A stretch of DNA of 64,000 nucleotides from Candidatus Daviesbacteria bacterium (GTDB lineage Bacteria; Patescibacteriota; Microgenomatia; Daviesbacterales; UBA10151). Of the stretch, positions 28,942 to 39,158 are shown one piece after another (the first letter of the stretch is position 1; the number at the start of each line of letters is the position of its first letter). Where the stretch lies: assembly GCA_041690695.1 (NCBI GenBank), contig JBEPVZ010000002.1, forward strand, positions 1,454-65,453. The letters are read 5' to 3'. The notes under the pieces are model-generated. The model worked only from the letters and a program-made list of their open reading frames with translations. It was not told the DNA's origin and searched no databases. Both the position numbers and the translations under genes were made by a program.

Positions 28942-29939
28942 TGCCGCTTGTGACGATTTCAATTACGGTTTGGAATGGTTTAGAAGATACTAAAAAATGT
29001 CTAAAAACTCTATCGGCGATAACTTATAAGCCAACTGAAATAATAATTGTTGATAATGGCTCAGCTGATGGAACCGTTGAGTATATTCGTAAGAATTATC
29101 CTAAAGTTAAAGTGTATGAAAATGGATTAAATCTTGGATTTACTGGAGGACATAATCGAGCTATTCAATATGCTAAAGGTAAATACTTCTTGCTTTTAAA
29201 TAATGATATTGAAGTTGAGCCCGGCTTTCTGGAACCACTGGTTAAAGATCTTGAAGGTAATAAAAAACTAGCTGCTGTCCAAAGTAAGACCTATTTATCT
29301 AAAAATCAGCTGGATAACACTGGATCTTTTCTAACTCCACTTGGTTTTTTAAAGCACTATGGTTTTAAACAAACCGATAGCCCCGAATATGATATAGCCA
29401 AAAAAGTCTTTTCACCAAAGGCGGCTTGTTTACTAATCACCAAACAAGCTATTGATAGATTCGGATTATTTGATAACGATTATTTTGCTTATTTTGAAGA
29501 AACAGATTGGGCGTGGAGAATTTATCTGACAGGCTTAGAAATTATGTTTGAACCTCAGTCAAAAGTTTTACATAAGCTAGGTAAAACTAGTACCAGGCTT
29601 CCATATAGTTTTATTTATTTTCATTCCTCTAAGAATACTATTCGATCAATTATTAAAAATACGGGATTTAAATCGTTATTATATATGTTACCCTTGCACC
29701 TGCTAGCCCTAAATTTTATTGGTCTGACATTCTTACTTCAAGGTAAGACTGGGATGTTTTTTAGCGTCATTAAAGCTCAGATTTGGAATATAAGTCATCT
29801 TTTTCGGACTTTAAAGCTAAGAGCGAATGTTCAAAACATCAGAAAAGTTTCAGATAAAGAGCTTTTTAATTTTATTATGGAACCTTTAAATCTTAAAAAT
29901 AGTTTTAAACAATACCTTCAGATTCGTAAAAATTCCTGA
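28938..29939 (+). CDS. GT2 family glycosyltransferase (group B)
   Basis: MMPLVTISITVWNGLEDTKKCL...IIIVDNGSADGT...NLGFTGGHNRA...YFEETDWAWR. The real start is ATG 28938, overlapping the upstream TGA; the track ORF from 28833 is an upstream extension. Confidence 0.65.
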   Translation: MMPLVTISITVWNGLEDTKKCLKTLSAITYKPTEIIIVDNGSADGTVEYIRKNYPKVKVYENGLNLGFTGGHNRAIQYAKGKYFLLLNNDIEVEPGFLEPLVKDLEGNKKLAAVQSKTYLSKNQLDNTGSFLTPLGFLKHYGFKQTDSPEYDIAKKVFSPKAACLLITKQAIDRFGLFDNDYFAYFEETDWAWRIYLTGLEIMFEPQSKVLHKLGKTSTRLPYSFIYFHSSKNTIRSIIKNTGFKSLLYMLPLHLLALNFIGLTFLLQGKTGMFFSVIKAQIWNISHLFRTLKLRANVQNIRKVSDKELFNFIMEPLNLKNSFKQYLQIRKNS

Positions 29940-29947
29940 GAATTAAT

Positions 29948-31249
29948 ATGGCAAAATCCTCTCAGACAGTTGCGATTATTGGAGCCGGCTTTACCGGGTT
30001 AAGTGCCGCTGTTCGATTAAGTAAGTTAGGCTATAAAGTCAGTATTTTTGAATTTTCTGACCAACCAGGAGGTTTGGCACTGGGCTTTAAAGACCGTAGG
30101 TGGAAATGGACACTTGAGCATCATTATCATCACCTTTTTGCAACTGATAAATCTATTCAAAATTTGGCTAAAGAAGTTGATTACAAAATTCATTATGTCA
30201 GACCAAAAACTTCAACTTATTCGCAAAATGTCATCTCTCAGATTGATTCACCGATAAGTTTACTTTGTTTTAGTGGTTTATCGCTTGTGAGTAGGGTAAG
30301 AACTGGTTTAATATTATTTTTACTAAAAATTACACCAATTTGGCAGCCGCTCGAAAAAATTACGGTTAAAGTATTTGTCTTAAAAACAATGGGTAGAGAA
30401 TCTTGGAGGGTACTTTGGCAACCTCTCATGGATAAAAAGTTTGGCAACTTCTCAAATCGGATTCCGGCCTCTTGGTTCTGGGCTAGAATAAAATCTCGGA
30501 CAGCCAGCCTTGGTTATCCGGACCGTGGGTTTTTATCATTTGCACAATCAATTGCTAAAGTTGTCAAAAATAATAATGGACAAATATTTTATTCAACTGC
30601 GATTACGAGCATTTCTGAATTTGAAGATAAAATTAAATTAACGACTCAAACCAATAAACAATATTACTTTGATCAAGTAATTTGTACTTTACCGACAGGA
30701 TTATATCTAAAGATTACCGATGGCTTACCAACAAAATATAGACGTCAGATTAAAAAACTTGAAGGAATTGGGGCAGCCAATCTAGTTTTGTCATTAAAAA
30801 AGAAATTTTTAAATGATGGGACTTACTGGTTAAATATTAACGATCGAAAATTTCCGTTTTTGGCCGTTGTGGAACACACCAATTTCATGGACGCTAAAAA
30901 TTATAACAATGAAAAGATTATTTATGTAGGAAGTTATTTAAACACCACTAGAAAAAACTTTCAAAAATCAGACAAAGATTTATTAAAGATTTATCTACCA
31001 TATTTAAAAATTATTAATCCAGAATTTAATTTATCCTGGATTAATAAATCGTGGTTGTATAAAGCCAATTTTGCGCAGCCAATTATTTCGAAAGGTTATT
31101 CAAAGCAAATCCCAGCTATACAAACACCAATTGATCGATTATATTTAGCTAATATTCAGCAGGTCTATCCGTGGGATAGAGGAACAAACTATGCTGTCCA
31201 ATTAGGTGAAAAGGTTGCAAAAATAGTCCATGACAAAAATTATAACTAA
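29948..31249 (+). CDS. FAD/NAD(P)-binding oxidoreductase (amine-oxidase/UGM-like Rossmann fold)
   Basis: N-terminal dinucleotide-binding motif VAIIGAGFTGLSAAVRL..G..V.IFE...QPGG. 433 aa. Sits inside a glycan locus. Confidence 0.6.
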   Translation: MAKSSQTVAIIGAGFTGLSAAVRLSKLGYKVSIFEFSDQPGGLALGFKDRRWKWTLEHHYHHLFATDKSIQNLAKEVDYKIHYVRPKTSTYSQNVISQIDSPISLLCFSGLSLVSRVRTGLILFLLKITPIWQPLEKITVKVFVLKTMGRESWRVLWQPLMDKKFGNFSNRIPASWFWARIKSRTASLGYPDRGFLSFAQSIAKVVKNNNGQIFYSTAITSISEFEDKIKLTTQTNKQYYFDQVICTLPTGLYLKITDGLPTKYRRQIKKLEGIGAANLVLSLKKKFLNDGTYWLNINDRKFPFLAVVEHTNFMDAKNYNNEKIIYVGSYLNTTRKNFQKSDKDLLKIYLPYLKIINPEFNLSWINKSWLYKANFAQPIISKGYSKQIPAIQTPIDRLYLANIQQVYPWDRGTNYAVQLGEKVAKIVHDKNYN

Positions 31250-31985
31250 ACGTCCGAGTCAATCTTTTGAAATCTTAAATGGCTTGATGAAAGAGTCCAT
31301 TAAATTATTTTTTAAGCTACCCATTATTCAAGATAAAACGATTAACGATAAACCTGCTCAAAAAATAGTTAAACTTTACTCGAAAGGTGAGTATGCTGGG
31401 TTATCAACAAAAATTCGTTTTTGGGATGCTCCTCTTAATGAAATTGAAAAAAGGGTACCAAAACAGGGGACAATTTTAGATTTAGGATGTGGTGAGGGGA
31501 TTTTTAGTAACTATTTGGGGTTATCATCTCCAAGGCGCAAAGTAATTGGTATCGAATTTAATAAAATTAGAGTTAAAACGGCTGACCATGGGGTTAAAAA
31601 TGTGAAATTTCAGTATGGTAACGTTATAACTAAACCATTACCAAAATCTGACTCAATCGTTTTAGGCCATATGTTACATCACCTTCAATCTAAGAAGGAT
31701 CAAGTTAACGTACTGAAAAGGTGTTATCAAAGCCTTAATAAAAAAGGTTATCTAGTAATTGCTGAAGTTGATAAAAGCTTAACTTTAAAATATTTATTAG
31801 GTTGGATTACAGATGTTGTGATTGTACCAATCTTATTTGAAAAACAATTTTATGATCATAATATATTTCATAGAAGTCAAAAAGACTGGAAACAACTTCT
31901 TGAAAAAACGGGTTTTAAAGTAACGAGTATGGAATTGATTAAAAGTGGTCCTTTTCCTGATCTAATAATTGTGGCCAGAAAGTGA
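31230..31985 (+). CDS. class I SAM-dependent methyltransferase
   Basis: Motif I ILDLGCGEGIF. The C-terminus ...PFPDLIIVARK is paralogous to 36207..36950. Confidence 0.65.
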   Translation: MTKIITKRPSQSFEILNGLMKESIKLFFKLPIIQDKTINDKPAQKIVKLYSKGEYAGLSTKIRFWDAPLNEIEKRVPKQGTILDLGCGEGIFSNYLGLSSPRRKVIGIEFNKIRVKTADHGVKNVKFQYGNVITKPLPKSDSIVLGHMLHHLQSKKDQVNVLKRCYQSLNKKGYLVIAEVDKSLTLKYLLGWITDVVIVPILFEKQFYDHNIFHRSQKDWKQLLEKTGFKVTSMELIKSGPFPDLIIVARK

Positions 31986-34207
31986 ATAAGGTTTGGCAGT
32001 TTTTTGTATCAATAGATAGATGGTTAGTTGCTATTCTTCTTTTGGCAATATTTCTCCGATTCGATGGTTCTCGGCCAGGTTATAACTTATTTCATAGTGA
32101 TGAGCCTTTTATTTATGGGAATGCTGTCGAAATGTTTTTGGCGAGTTCGATTAAGCCTGACCGATTTGATTATCCAGCAACAACAGCAATAATTAATACT
32201 TTTTTTTATCGGATAATCTTTGTGCCTTTAAACCTAGGTTCATATTATATTCAACATATTTCGGAAATTAGAGAGCATAGTTTGCATTTCAGAATGTCCT
32301 CAACCGAATTTGATCATTTTTTTAAAACAAAGATCTTAGGGGAGAGAGAAGCCAACGCCATTTATTGGTCACGTGATATTACCGGCCTATTTGGAATTGG
32401 TGTAGTTTTAATTATTTACTTAGTTGCGAAAAGGTTATTTACAAAAAAAGTGGGTTTAATTGCAAGTTTATTAACTGCAGTTAATTACCGCCAAGTTTTA
32501 AATAGCCATTTAGCTTTGCCAGATATTTATAATGCTTTTTTTCTACTACTAGCCCTATATACCGCATTAAACTTATTAACGAATAGAACCACTAAAAACT
32601 TTGTAGTAGCAGGTATTACTGCTGGTTTATCTTTTTCAATAAAGTATCAAATCTTTAGTTTTATACCATTACTTTTAATTTGTCTTTTTAACGCTTTTGA
32701 GAAAAGAGCATGGTCTGATAAATTTAAAACGTTTTTTGACTGGCGAGTCCTATTCATGCCACTGATTGGCATCATAGTTTTTGCTATTTTTAATCCATAC
32801 TTTTTTAAGGATTGGCAAACTGCGCACCAACAACTTAGTTATCTAGCAATTAAATATAGAACAGGAAAAGACTTTTTAGATTTTTATCCGCTATCATATC
32901 TTTATTATATTGGGATTGGCCAATTAACTTCTTTGTTAGTCCTGTTTGGGCTTGGCATCGGATTTTATAAGCATTTAAAAAAGACACTAATCGTTTTGTC
33001 CTTAATAATACCTTTCTTTTTTGTGACTATTTTTTATACCGGTGGTGGGTTTTATACTAGAAACTTTGTTACGATAACACCTTTATTACTACTTTTTGCT
33101 TCTGTGGGGTTAGTCCAGATTAGCTCTATTTGGAAAACTAAAATAAATATAATTTTAGTTGGATTGTTACTTTTAGGACTGACTTATGAAAATATCGCTA
33201 AAGATTTAATTTTAGATCAAGAATATAACAAACCCTGGAATAATCAGTTAATAAATGACTTTATAAAAAATGATATCCCAAATGGATCGGTTATTGCAGC
33301 CGGATCTTTAATTTCTATACCTGATTCGGATCAGAAACTTCAATATGATTATAATAATTTATTTTCAGTAGATGAATTCCGTGACGCGGGGGCGACTTAT
33401 GCCGTAACTAATTTAGAAGCAATTAATGATAGATTTTATTGGTGGATGACTCAATCGACAAAGATTTCACTTAAGTTTTGGAATAAACCTGTGAATATTT
33501 TAGAAAATACCTATCCAGCAATGACAATCAGGGAATTACAGTCCTCAGCTATTTTTGAAGCAATTAAGCCTTGGATGGCTCCCGATACAACTTATATTGC
33601 GGCAAAAGTTCCGCGATATAGTTCAGATTTACTCGGATCACCAATTGATTTTAGTTTTAATAAAGATACGGATGGTTGGACTCAGTCGGGTAAGCTTTGG
33701 TATGGTGACACCAATTTAGGGCTAGGTAACGATAGTTTGTCTATTCAAAAAGTTAACACTATTAGTTCACCGAACTTGGGTTGGCAATCTCCGATAGTTG
33801 ATGTGACTGATTGGCCCGGTTTTACAATTAACTATACAATTGAAACATCCTCATCAAATAGTCAGGCTAAAGATGGTATTGTCGTTGCCCAGTTTTACCT
33901 TAATAAGGATGATGCGCTGAATTCAGTTAATAGAATTGGAGTCAGATTAAGCAGTCGCAATAATAAGTTAAATAGCTGGGTTAATAAGCAGTTAGTTGGG
34001 TTAGTACCATCGGTGGCTAAATTTATGACTATAAAATTTATTGCTTATCCAACATATAGCGTTGATCCTGATGGATATTCAAATATTTACTTAAAAAATA
34101 TCACAATATATAAGTCAAAAACAGCAGTTAATTATAATGGCTGGAAAGTAACACCAGTTAATTTAAGTTCAGATGATCTTTTCTACTTTAGTCAAAGCAA
34201 TTTATAG
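31982..34207 (+). CDS. large GT-C-type membrane protein with a C-terminal extracytoplasmic domain
   Basis: 741 aa. About 12 TMs in the first roughly 430 aa, then a roughly 300-aa soluble domain. The first loop has SDEPFIYGNAVEM. Confidence 0.5.
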   Translation: MNKVWQFFVSIDRWLVAILLLAIFLRFDGSRPGYNLFHSDEPFIYGNAVEMFLASSIKPDRFDYPATTAIINTFFYRIIFVPLNLGSYYIQHISEIREHSLHFRMSSTEFDHFFKTKILGEREANAIYWSRDITGLFGIGVVLIIYLVAKRLFTKKVGLIASLLTAVNYRQVLNSHLALPDIYNAFFLLLALYTALNLLTNRTTKNFVVAGITAGLSFSIKYQIFSFIPLLLICLFNAFEKRAWSDKFKTFFDWRVLFMPLIGIIVFAIFNPYFFKDWQTAHQQLSYLAIKYRTGKDFLDFYPLSYLYYIGIGQLTSLLVLFGLGIGFYKHLKKTLIVLSLIIPFFFVTIFYTGGGFYTRNFVTITPLLLLFASVGLVQISSIWKTKINIILVGLLLLGLTYENIAKDLILDQEYNKPWNNQLINDFIKNDIPNGSVIAAGSLISIPDSDQKLQYDYNNLFSVDEFRDAGATYAVTNLEAINDRFYWWMTQSTKISLKFWNKPVNILENTYPAMTIRELQSSAIFEAIKPWMAPDTTYIAAKVPRYSSDLLGSPIDFSFNKDTDGWTQSGKLWYGDTNLGLGNDSLSIQKVNTISSPNLGWQSPIVDVTDWPGFTINYTIETSSSNSQAKDGIVVAQFYLNKDDALNSVNRIGVRLSSRNNKLNSWVNKQLVGLVPSVAKFMTIKFIAYPTYSVDPDGYSNIYLKNITIYKSKTAVNYNGWKVTPVNLSSDDLFYFSQSNL

Positions 34208-34248
34208 ATGACTATTCTTTTGGAATAAAGAAAGGTAAACTTGAAAAA

Positions 34249-35214
34249 ATGAAAGGCTATCCGAAAGTCTCAATAATTATTCCTTTATACGTTATTGAAG
34301 ATCGTTTTTTTGACGATCTTAAAAAATTTGAGAAACTAAAATATCCTAATTATGAGATTTTAGTGGTTTGTCATAAAAATATTAAACTAACAAACTCAAA
34401 AGCTCGTCTAATTAAAACTGGTTCAAAGCCAACTGGACCAGCTGAAAAACGAGATCTAGCCTTAAAGTATGCCAAGGGTTCATTTTGTGCTTTTATTGAT
34501 GATGATGCCTATCCCGATCCCGGTTGGCTGACTGATTTAGTTCGTGAGTTTAAAAATCCCAACATTGCAGCTGTTGGTGGACCAGGATTAACACCTCCTG
34601 AAGATTCCTTTTGGTCACAGATGACGGGTTTAGTTTACCAATCTTTTTTTTGCGGTGGACCTACTCAACATAGATTTACGAAGTCTAAAAAAAGATATGT
34701 TAACGATTACCCAGCCTACAATTTAATTGTTAGAACAGCAATTTTAAAAAAAGTCGGGGGTTATGGGAGCTATTTCTATGGTGGGGAAGATACGTTCTTA
34801 TGTTTAAAAATTATCAAGGCAGGTTATAAAATTTTATATAGTCCTAAATTTGTTGTTTATCACCATCGCCGACCTTTATTCAAATCTTACTTGAAGCAAA
34901 TTGCAAATGTTGGAAAACATCGGGGTTATTTCGCTAAAAAATTTCCAGAAACTTCACGTCATTGGGCATACTTTATACCCTCGATCTTAACACTTGGTTT
35001 TATTTGTTTGTTACTGCTGTCTCTTTTTAATATAAGATTCCTGTTTTTATTTGGGTTAATATTTATACTCCTATTTTTAATAGGAATTTTACCTGAAGTT
35101 AGAAAGGTTAAAATTTGGGAATTGCCAATAATTGGAGTAAGTATTGTTTTGACTCATTTGGCGTATGGCTGGTCTTTCATGAAAGGTTTGGGGGTTAAAA
35201 AACTAGATGTCTAA
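34249..35214 (+). CDS. GT2 family glycosyltransferase, membrane-anchored by C-terminal TMs
   Basis: VSIIIPLYVIEDRF...FIDDDAYPDPGWL...GGEDTFLCLK...YHHRRP, then about 3 C-terminal TM helices. Confidence 0.6.
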   Translation: MKGYPKVSIIIPLYVIEDRFFDDLKKFEKLKYPNYEILVVCHKNIKLTNSKARLIKTGSKPTGPAEKRDLALKYAKGSFCAFIDDDAYPDPGWLTDLVREFKNPNIAAVGGPGLTPPEDSFWSQMTGLVYQSFFCGGPTQHRFTKSKKRYVNDYPAYNLIVRTAILKKVGGYGSYFYGGEDTFLCLKIIKAGYKILYSPKFVVYHHRRPLFKSYLKQIANVGKHRGYFAKKFPETSRHWAYFIPSILTLGFICLLLLSLFNIRFLFLFGLIFILLFLIGILPEVRKVKIWELPIIGVSIVLTHLAYGWSFMKGLGVKKLDV

Positions 35215-36196
35215 TATATTAAAGATTGATATTTCAGTAATAATTCCCGTTTTTAATGAAGCAGAAAGGATTGCTCGATGTTTAGAAAGCATTAGAAATC
35301 AGAATTACTCTCAAAATAGAATTGAAATAATTTTAATCGACGATTTCTCAACAGATCAAACATTAAAAATTGCTAAGAAGTATCACGTCAAAGTTTACAA
35401 GAATGGTTCACACAATATTGAAAAAGGGAAAAGCATTGGACTTGAACATGCTGGTGGAGAATTCGTCTTTTTTATTGATGCAGATAATTATTTAACTTCT
35501 CGAGATTGGTTTCAGAATGCTAGCTTAATTTTGAAAAAAAACTCAAAAGTTGTGGGTGTCCAATCGTATAAATACTTATATAAGTCGTCAGATCCTATTG
35601 TAAACCGATATTGTGCTTTGTTTGGTATAAATGATCCATTAGTGTTTTATCTTGGTAAGAGAGGTCAACTCCAAGCATATGAAAATAGTTGGATTTACCC
35701 GGAAACGCTATTAAAAGAAAACAAGCTTTTTTACTTAGCTAAATTTAATTCTGATAATTTACCAACAGTTGGTTCCCAGGGATATTTGACTAGAAAGAAT
35801 TTACTTTCAAAAACTGATTGGAAACCTTATTTATTTCATTTAGATTCGGCCCATGATTTAGTGTCCCAAGATAAAAATACTTTTGCATTTATTAAATATG
35901 AGATTGGACATGATTATGTTACTTCAATCGGTGATTTGATTAAAAAGTGGCAACGTAATATAAATCTTTATTATAAGTATGCTGAATTGCGAAGATATAA
36001 ATATCAGATTGATAAATTAAAATTAATCTTAATTCTTTTAATGATGATAACGATTGTTGGTCCGTTAATAGATAGTTTAAAAGGTTTTATCAAAAAAAGA
36101 GATCTAGCTTGGTTTTTACACCCATTGCTCTGTTTAATTGTGGTATTCATATATGGAAAAGAGACTATAAAAGCGTTAAACTATAAGTCAAATTGA
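35207..36196 (+). CDS. GT2 family glycosyltransferase
   Basis: ISVIIPVFNEAERIARCLESI...ILIDDFSTDQT...FFIDADNYL. One C-terminal TM. Confidence 0.6.
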   Translation: MSNILKIDISVIIPVFNEAERIARCLESIRNQNYSQNRIEIILIDDFSTDQTLKIAKKYHVKVYKNGSHNIEKGKSIGLEHAGGEFVFFIDADNYLTSRDWFQNASLILKKNSKVVGVQSYKYLYKSSDPIVNRYCALFGINDPLVFYLGKRGQLQAYENSWIYPETLLKENKLFYLAKFNSDNLPTVGSQGYLTRKNLLSKTDWKPYLFHLDSAHDLVSQDKNTFAFIKYEIGHDYVTSIGDLIKKWQRNINLYYKYAELRRYKYQIDKLKLILILLMMITIVGPLIDSLKGFIKKRDLAWFLHPLLCLIVVFIYGKETIKALNYKSN

Positions 36197-36206
36197 GTTT
36201 AGAACA

Positions 36207-36950
36207 ATGATTAATAAATTAAACGATAAATTTTATACAGATATCTATAGTCAGCAGACCGAAGACAAAAGTGATTTTCGCCAGATGGAATATTTATATC
36301 AGAGAATTCGATCGGTCTTGAAAAATCCAAAAACTATTTTAGATGTAGGTTGTGGTATTGGAACTTTTGGAGTAATTATAAAAAATCATCTACACAGTAA
36401 TGTATCCGGATTAGATATTAATAAAAAGGCTGTTGATACGGCTAGAAAAAGAGGTATTAAAGCTAGTATCTCTGATATTGAGGGCAAGTGGCCGATCAAA
36501 AATAACCAATTTGAACTTGTGTCACTTGTTCAAGTGATTGAACATGTTATGAATCCCGATCATTTGCTTCAAGAAGCGAATAGAGTTCTTAAAAATAATG
36601 GCTACTTAGTTATCGCAACTCCTAATTTAGCAGCTTGGTATAATCGGATCTTACTCCCTCTTGGTTTTCAGCCTTTTTTAACAGAAGTAAGTACTTTAGA
36701 TAAAACTTTAGGAATGAAGTTCATTCGTAAATTAACAAGTAACCGTCAACCATTAGGACATTTAAGAGTCTTTACACTCAGAGGCCTAAAAGATCTATTA
36801 GAGCATCATGGTTATAAAATTATATTGATTAAGGGTGGTAAACAAAGTTATTTTCCCCGTCTAATGCAAGGTATCGATTGGTTAATGTCTTTTTATCCTG
36901 CGCTGTCAACCGATCTAATTATTGTTGCCCAGAAAATCCGAGTAAAATAG
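36207..36950 (+). CDS. class I SAM-dependent methyltransferase
   Basis: Motif [13 protein letters not shown], then [11 protein letters not shown]. The C-terminus ...[10 protein letters not shown] matches 31230..31985. Confidence 0.65.
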   Translation: MINKLNDKFYTDIYSQQTEDKSDFRQMEYLYQRIRSVLKNPKTILDVGCGIGTFGVIIKNHLHSNVSGLDINKKAVDTARKRGIKASISDIEGKWPIKNNQFELVSLVQVIEHVMNPDHLLQEANRVLKNNGYLVIATPNLAAWYNRILLPLGFQPFLTEVSTLDKTLGMKFIRKLTSNRQPLGHLRVFTLRGLKDLLEHHGYKIILIKGGKQSYFPRLMQGIDWLMSFYPALSTDLIIVAQKIRVK

Positions 36951-36964
36951 GTGACTTCAAGGCT

Positions 36965-37546
36965 ATGAAACTTAAATATTTCGTCGGGCGGATTATCTTT
37001 AAAGTTCAGGCTGAGTATAAAAAAAGTCAATTAATTGAAGTTGGAAAGTATACCTATGGTCGACCAAAAGTAATTTATTACGGTGGGCCGGGCAAGGTTA
37101 TCGTTGGAAGCTTTTGCTCCATTGCTAAAAATACAACCTTTATTCTGACCGGAGGACATCGTCCGGAATGGATATCTGCGTATCCTTTCCCAAGCTTAAG
37201 TAATATCTGGCCATCTGCAAGAACAATTAAAAACTCAGTTTGTTATAAAGGAAATATTGTTATTGGTCATGATGTCTGGATAGGTTATGGTGCCACTGTC
37301 TTAGAGGGGGTTACGATAGGGGATGGAGCGATTATTGGAGCGATGTCTGTTGTTACAAAAGATGTCGCATCGTATTCTATAGTGGGGGGGAATCCCGCCA
37401 AGTTAATTAGAAAAAGATTTAGCGACCAGCAAATTAAAAAATTGATTAGATTAAAATGGTGGAATTGGCCAACGCGTAAGATTCTAAAAAGTATTCCATT
37501 ACTATGTAATTCAATCGATAATCTTGAGAAGCTGAGCCATGTTTAA
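36965..37546 (+). CDS. hexapeptide-repeat acetyltransferase of the XAT class (Vat/CatB-like)
   Basis: [13 protein letters not shown] matches the XAT HRxDWVSTYPF signature. LbH repeats ([32 protein letters not shown]) and a C-terminal [18 protein letters not shown] motif. The start is taken as ATG 36965; the track ORF from 36878 overlaps the upstream gene. Confidence 0.7.
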   Translation: MKLKYFVGRIIFKVQAEYKKSQLIEVGKYTYGRPKVIYYGGPGKVIVGSFCSIAKNTTFILTGGHRPEWISAYPFPSLSNIWPSARTIKNSVCYKGNIVIGHDVWIGYGATVLEGVTIGDGAIIGAMSVVTKDVASYSIVGGNPAKLIRKRFSDQQIKKLIRLKWWNWPTRKILKSIPLLCNSIDNLEKLSHV

Positions 37547-39158
37547 TAAATATTTAAAATTTTTTGTAGGTGGAGCGATCCTTTTAGGTATTCTTGTTTA
37601 TCTTCCTTTATGGAATGGATACTTCATTCAAGATGAGTGGCAACTTTTTTCAATTTTTGATTCATATAATAATCAAGGAGTTTTTCAGACTTTTTTATCA
37701 TTTATTATTCCACAACCTGGTCAATATGTACCAATTGCCCAAATTTTGGCATATGGAACATTCTTATTTTTTAAACTCAATTATTTAGGCTATTTTTTAA
37801 TCGGTATTGCTTTGCACTTTATTGTGGCTACATTACTTGCATATCTAGTCTATAGGTTAACTTTAAAGAAAGGATTTGGTGTATTGGCTGGATTATTATT
37901 TTTAATCTCACCTAGTCATTTTCAAGCTACTTCTTGGATTATCGCTAATTTTGGCTATAGCGGGGCAATGATCTTATTTTTATTAGGGCTAATTTTTTAT
38001 TTTAAATGGCTAGATTCAAATAATTTTAAAGATGCAATCCGAGCAGCCTTATTTTTATTTGGATCTTTATTGGCTAAGGAAATTACTATTTTTATTTTTA
38101 TTGCTTTACCGATCTTAACTTATGTATGGACCCAAAATAGGAAGAAAACTCTTCAAACTTTTTGGATTATTATCCCCGTTTTCTTATTTGCAATTTGGCA
38201 TTTTCTTTTTTTGAAGTTTAATCCAACTCCAGACTTGTCGGTCCATCCTTTAAATTTAGGCAATTTATTATCTCTTCCTTTTCGGGCAGTAGCCCAATCT
38301 TTGATTCCTGATCAATGGATTTACCACATTGCGGTTTATCTTGGTCGTCAGCACTTTCTCTTAAATCATATTGCTGCACTCAGAACTAACTTTGATACAG
38401 TTACTCAATCGACGGGCGCGTTAATAATTGTTTTAATTATTAATTTAATTATGTTTATTGGAGGAGTATTTATATATCGGAAAAATCGTTTATTGTTTAA
38501 AATGTATCTCTCTGGGATTATTTTGACAGCTTTATCAAGCTTTCCTTATATTTATGTAGATACAGCCAGATTCTCACTATTGCAGCCACGCTATGTGTAT
38601 ATGGGGGTAGCCTGTATGAGTTTGTCCGTGATTGCATTACTTGAGACGCTTTTAAAAGTAAATCGAAAAGCTACCTTTTTATTGGGTTTTATAATTATCA
38701 TGAGTTTTAGTTTGGCGACTTATAATAATTCACGGGGCTTGGCGAATGAGGGTATTATTAGAAAATCTTTACTAAAAGCCATTTCAAATTCTATTCCACA
38801 AAATTCAAATCAAACAATTATTTATATTGAATCAGATTCACCATATTATGGACTGGTCGAGAGTGTTCATATTTTGCCATTCCAAAATGGTTTAGGAAAA
38901 ACTTTAGCTATATATTTAGCAGATAAAGTTTATATTCCTCCAGTTGTTTATGTTTCAAATACATTATGGCCTATTCAAAGTCAAGGTGTTTTTTATAATC
39001 AATACGGTGCTTTTGGATACTTTAGAGACTACAACACCCTTAAAGAAGCTGTTTTGATACAAAAGCTCTCCCCCGAAAACATTTACGCTTTTTCATGGCA
39101 TGATACAACTCAAGCCTTACAGAATATTAGTCAACAAGTCAGAGAATCTTTAAAATGA
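37539..39158 (+). CDS. polytopic membrane protein (GT-C or polymerase-like, family unclear)
   Basis: 539 aa with about 12 TMs. QDEW in the first loop. No soluble catalytic domain recognised. Confidence 0.4.
   Translation: MFNKYLKFFVGGAILLGILVYLPLWNGYFIQDEWQLFSIFDSYNNQGVFQTFLSFIIPQPGQYVPIAQILAYGTFLFFKLNYLGYFLIGIALHFIVATLLAYLVYRLTLKKGFGVLAGLLFLISPSHFQATSWIIANFGYSGAMILFLLGLIFYFKWLDSNNFKDAIRAALFLFGSLLAKEITIFIFIALPILTYVWTQNRKKTLQTFWIIIPVFLFAIWHFLFLKFNPTPDLSVHPLNLGNLLSLPFRAVAQSLIPDQWIYHIAVYLGRQHFLLNHIAALRTNFDTVTQSTGALIIVLIINLIMFIGGVFIYRKNRLLFKMYLSGIILTALSSFPYIYVDTARFSLLQPRYVYMGVACMSLSVIALLETLLKVNRKATFLLGFIIIMSFSLATYNNSRGLANEGIIRKSLLKAISNSIPQNSNQTIIYIESDSPYYGLVESVHILPFQNGLGKTLAIYLADKVYIPPVVYVSNTLWPIQSQGVFYNQYGAFGYFRDYNTLKEAVLIQKLSPENIYAFSWHDTTQALQNISQQVRESLK

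Noticed and set aside
24962-34207. Considered whether the 714-aa and 741-aa GT-C proteins are STT3/PglB/AglB-type oligosaccharyltransferases (TM bundle plus C-terminal soluble domain)
   Set aside because: The architecture is similar, but I could not find a WWDYG motif or the DxD/ExD loop pattern of oligosaccharyltransferases. They are left as generic GT-C enzymes with a C-terminal domain, possibly EmbC/AftA-like.
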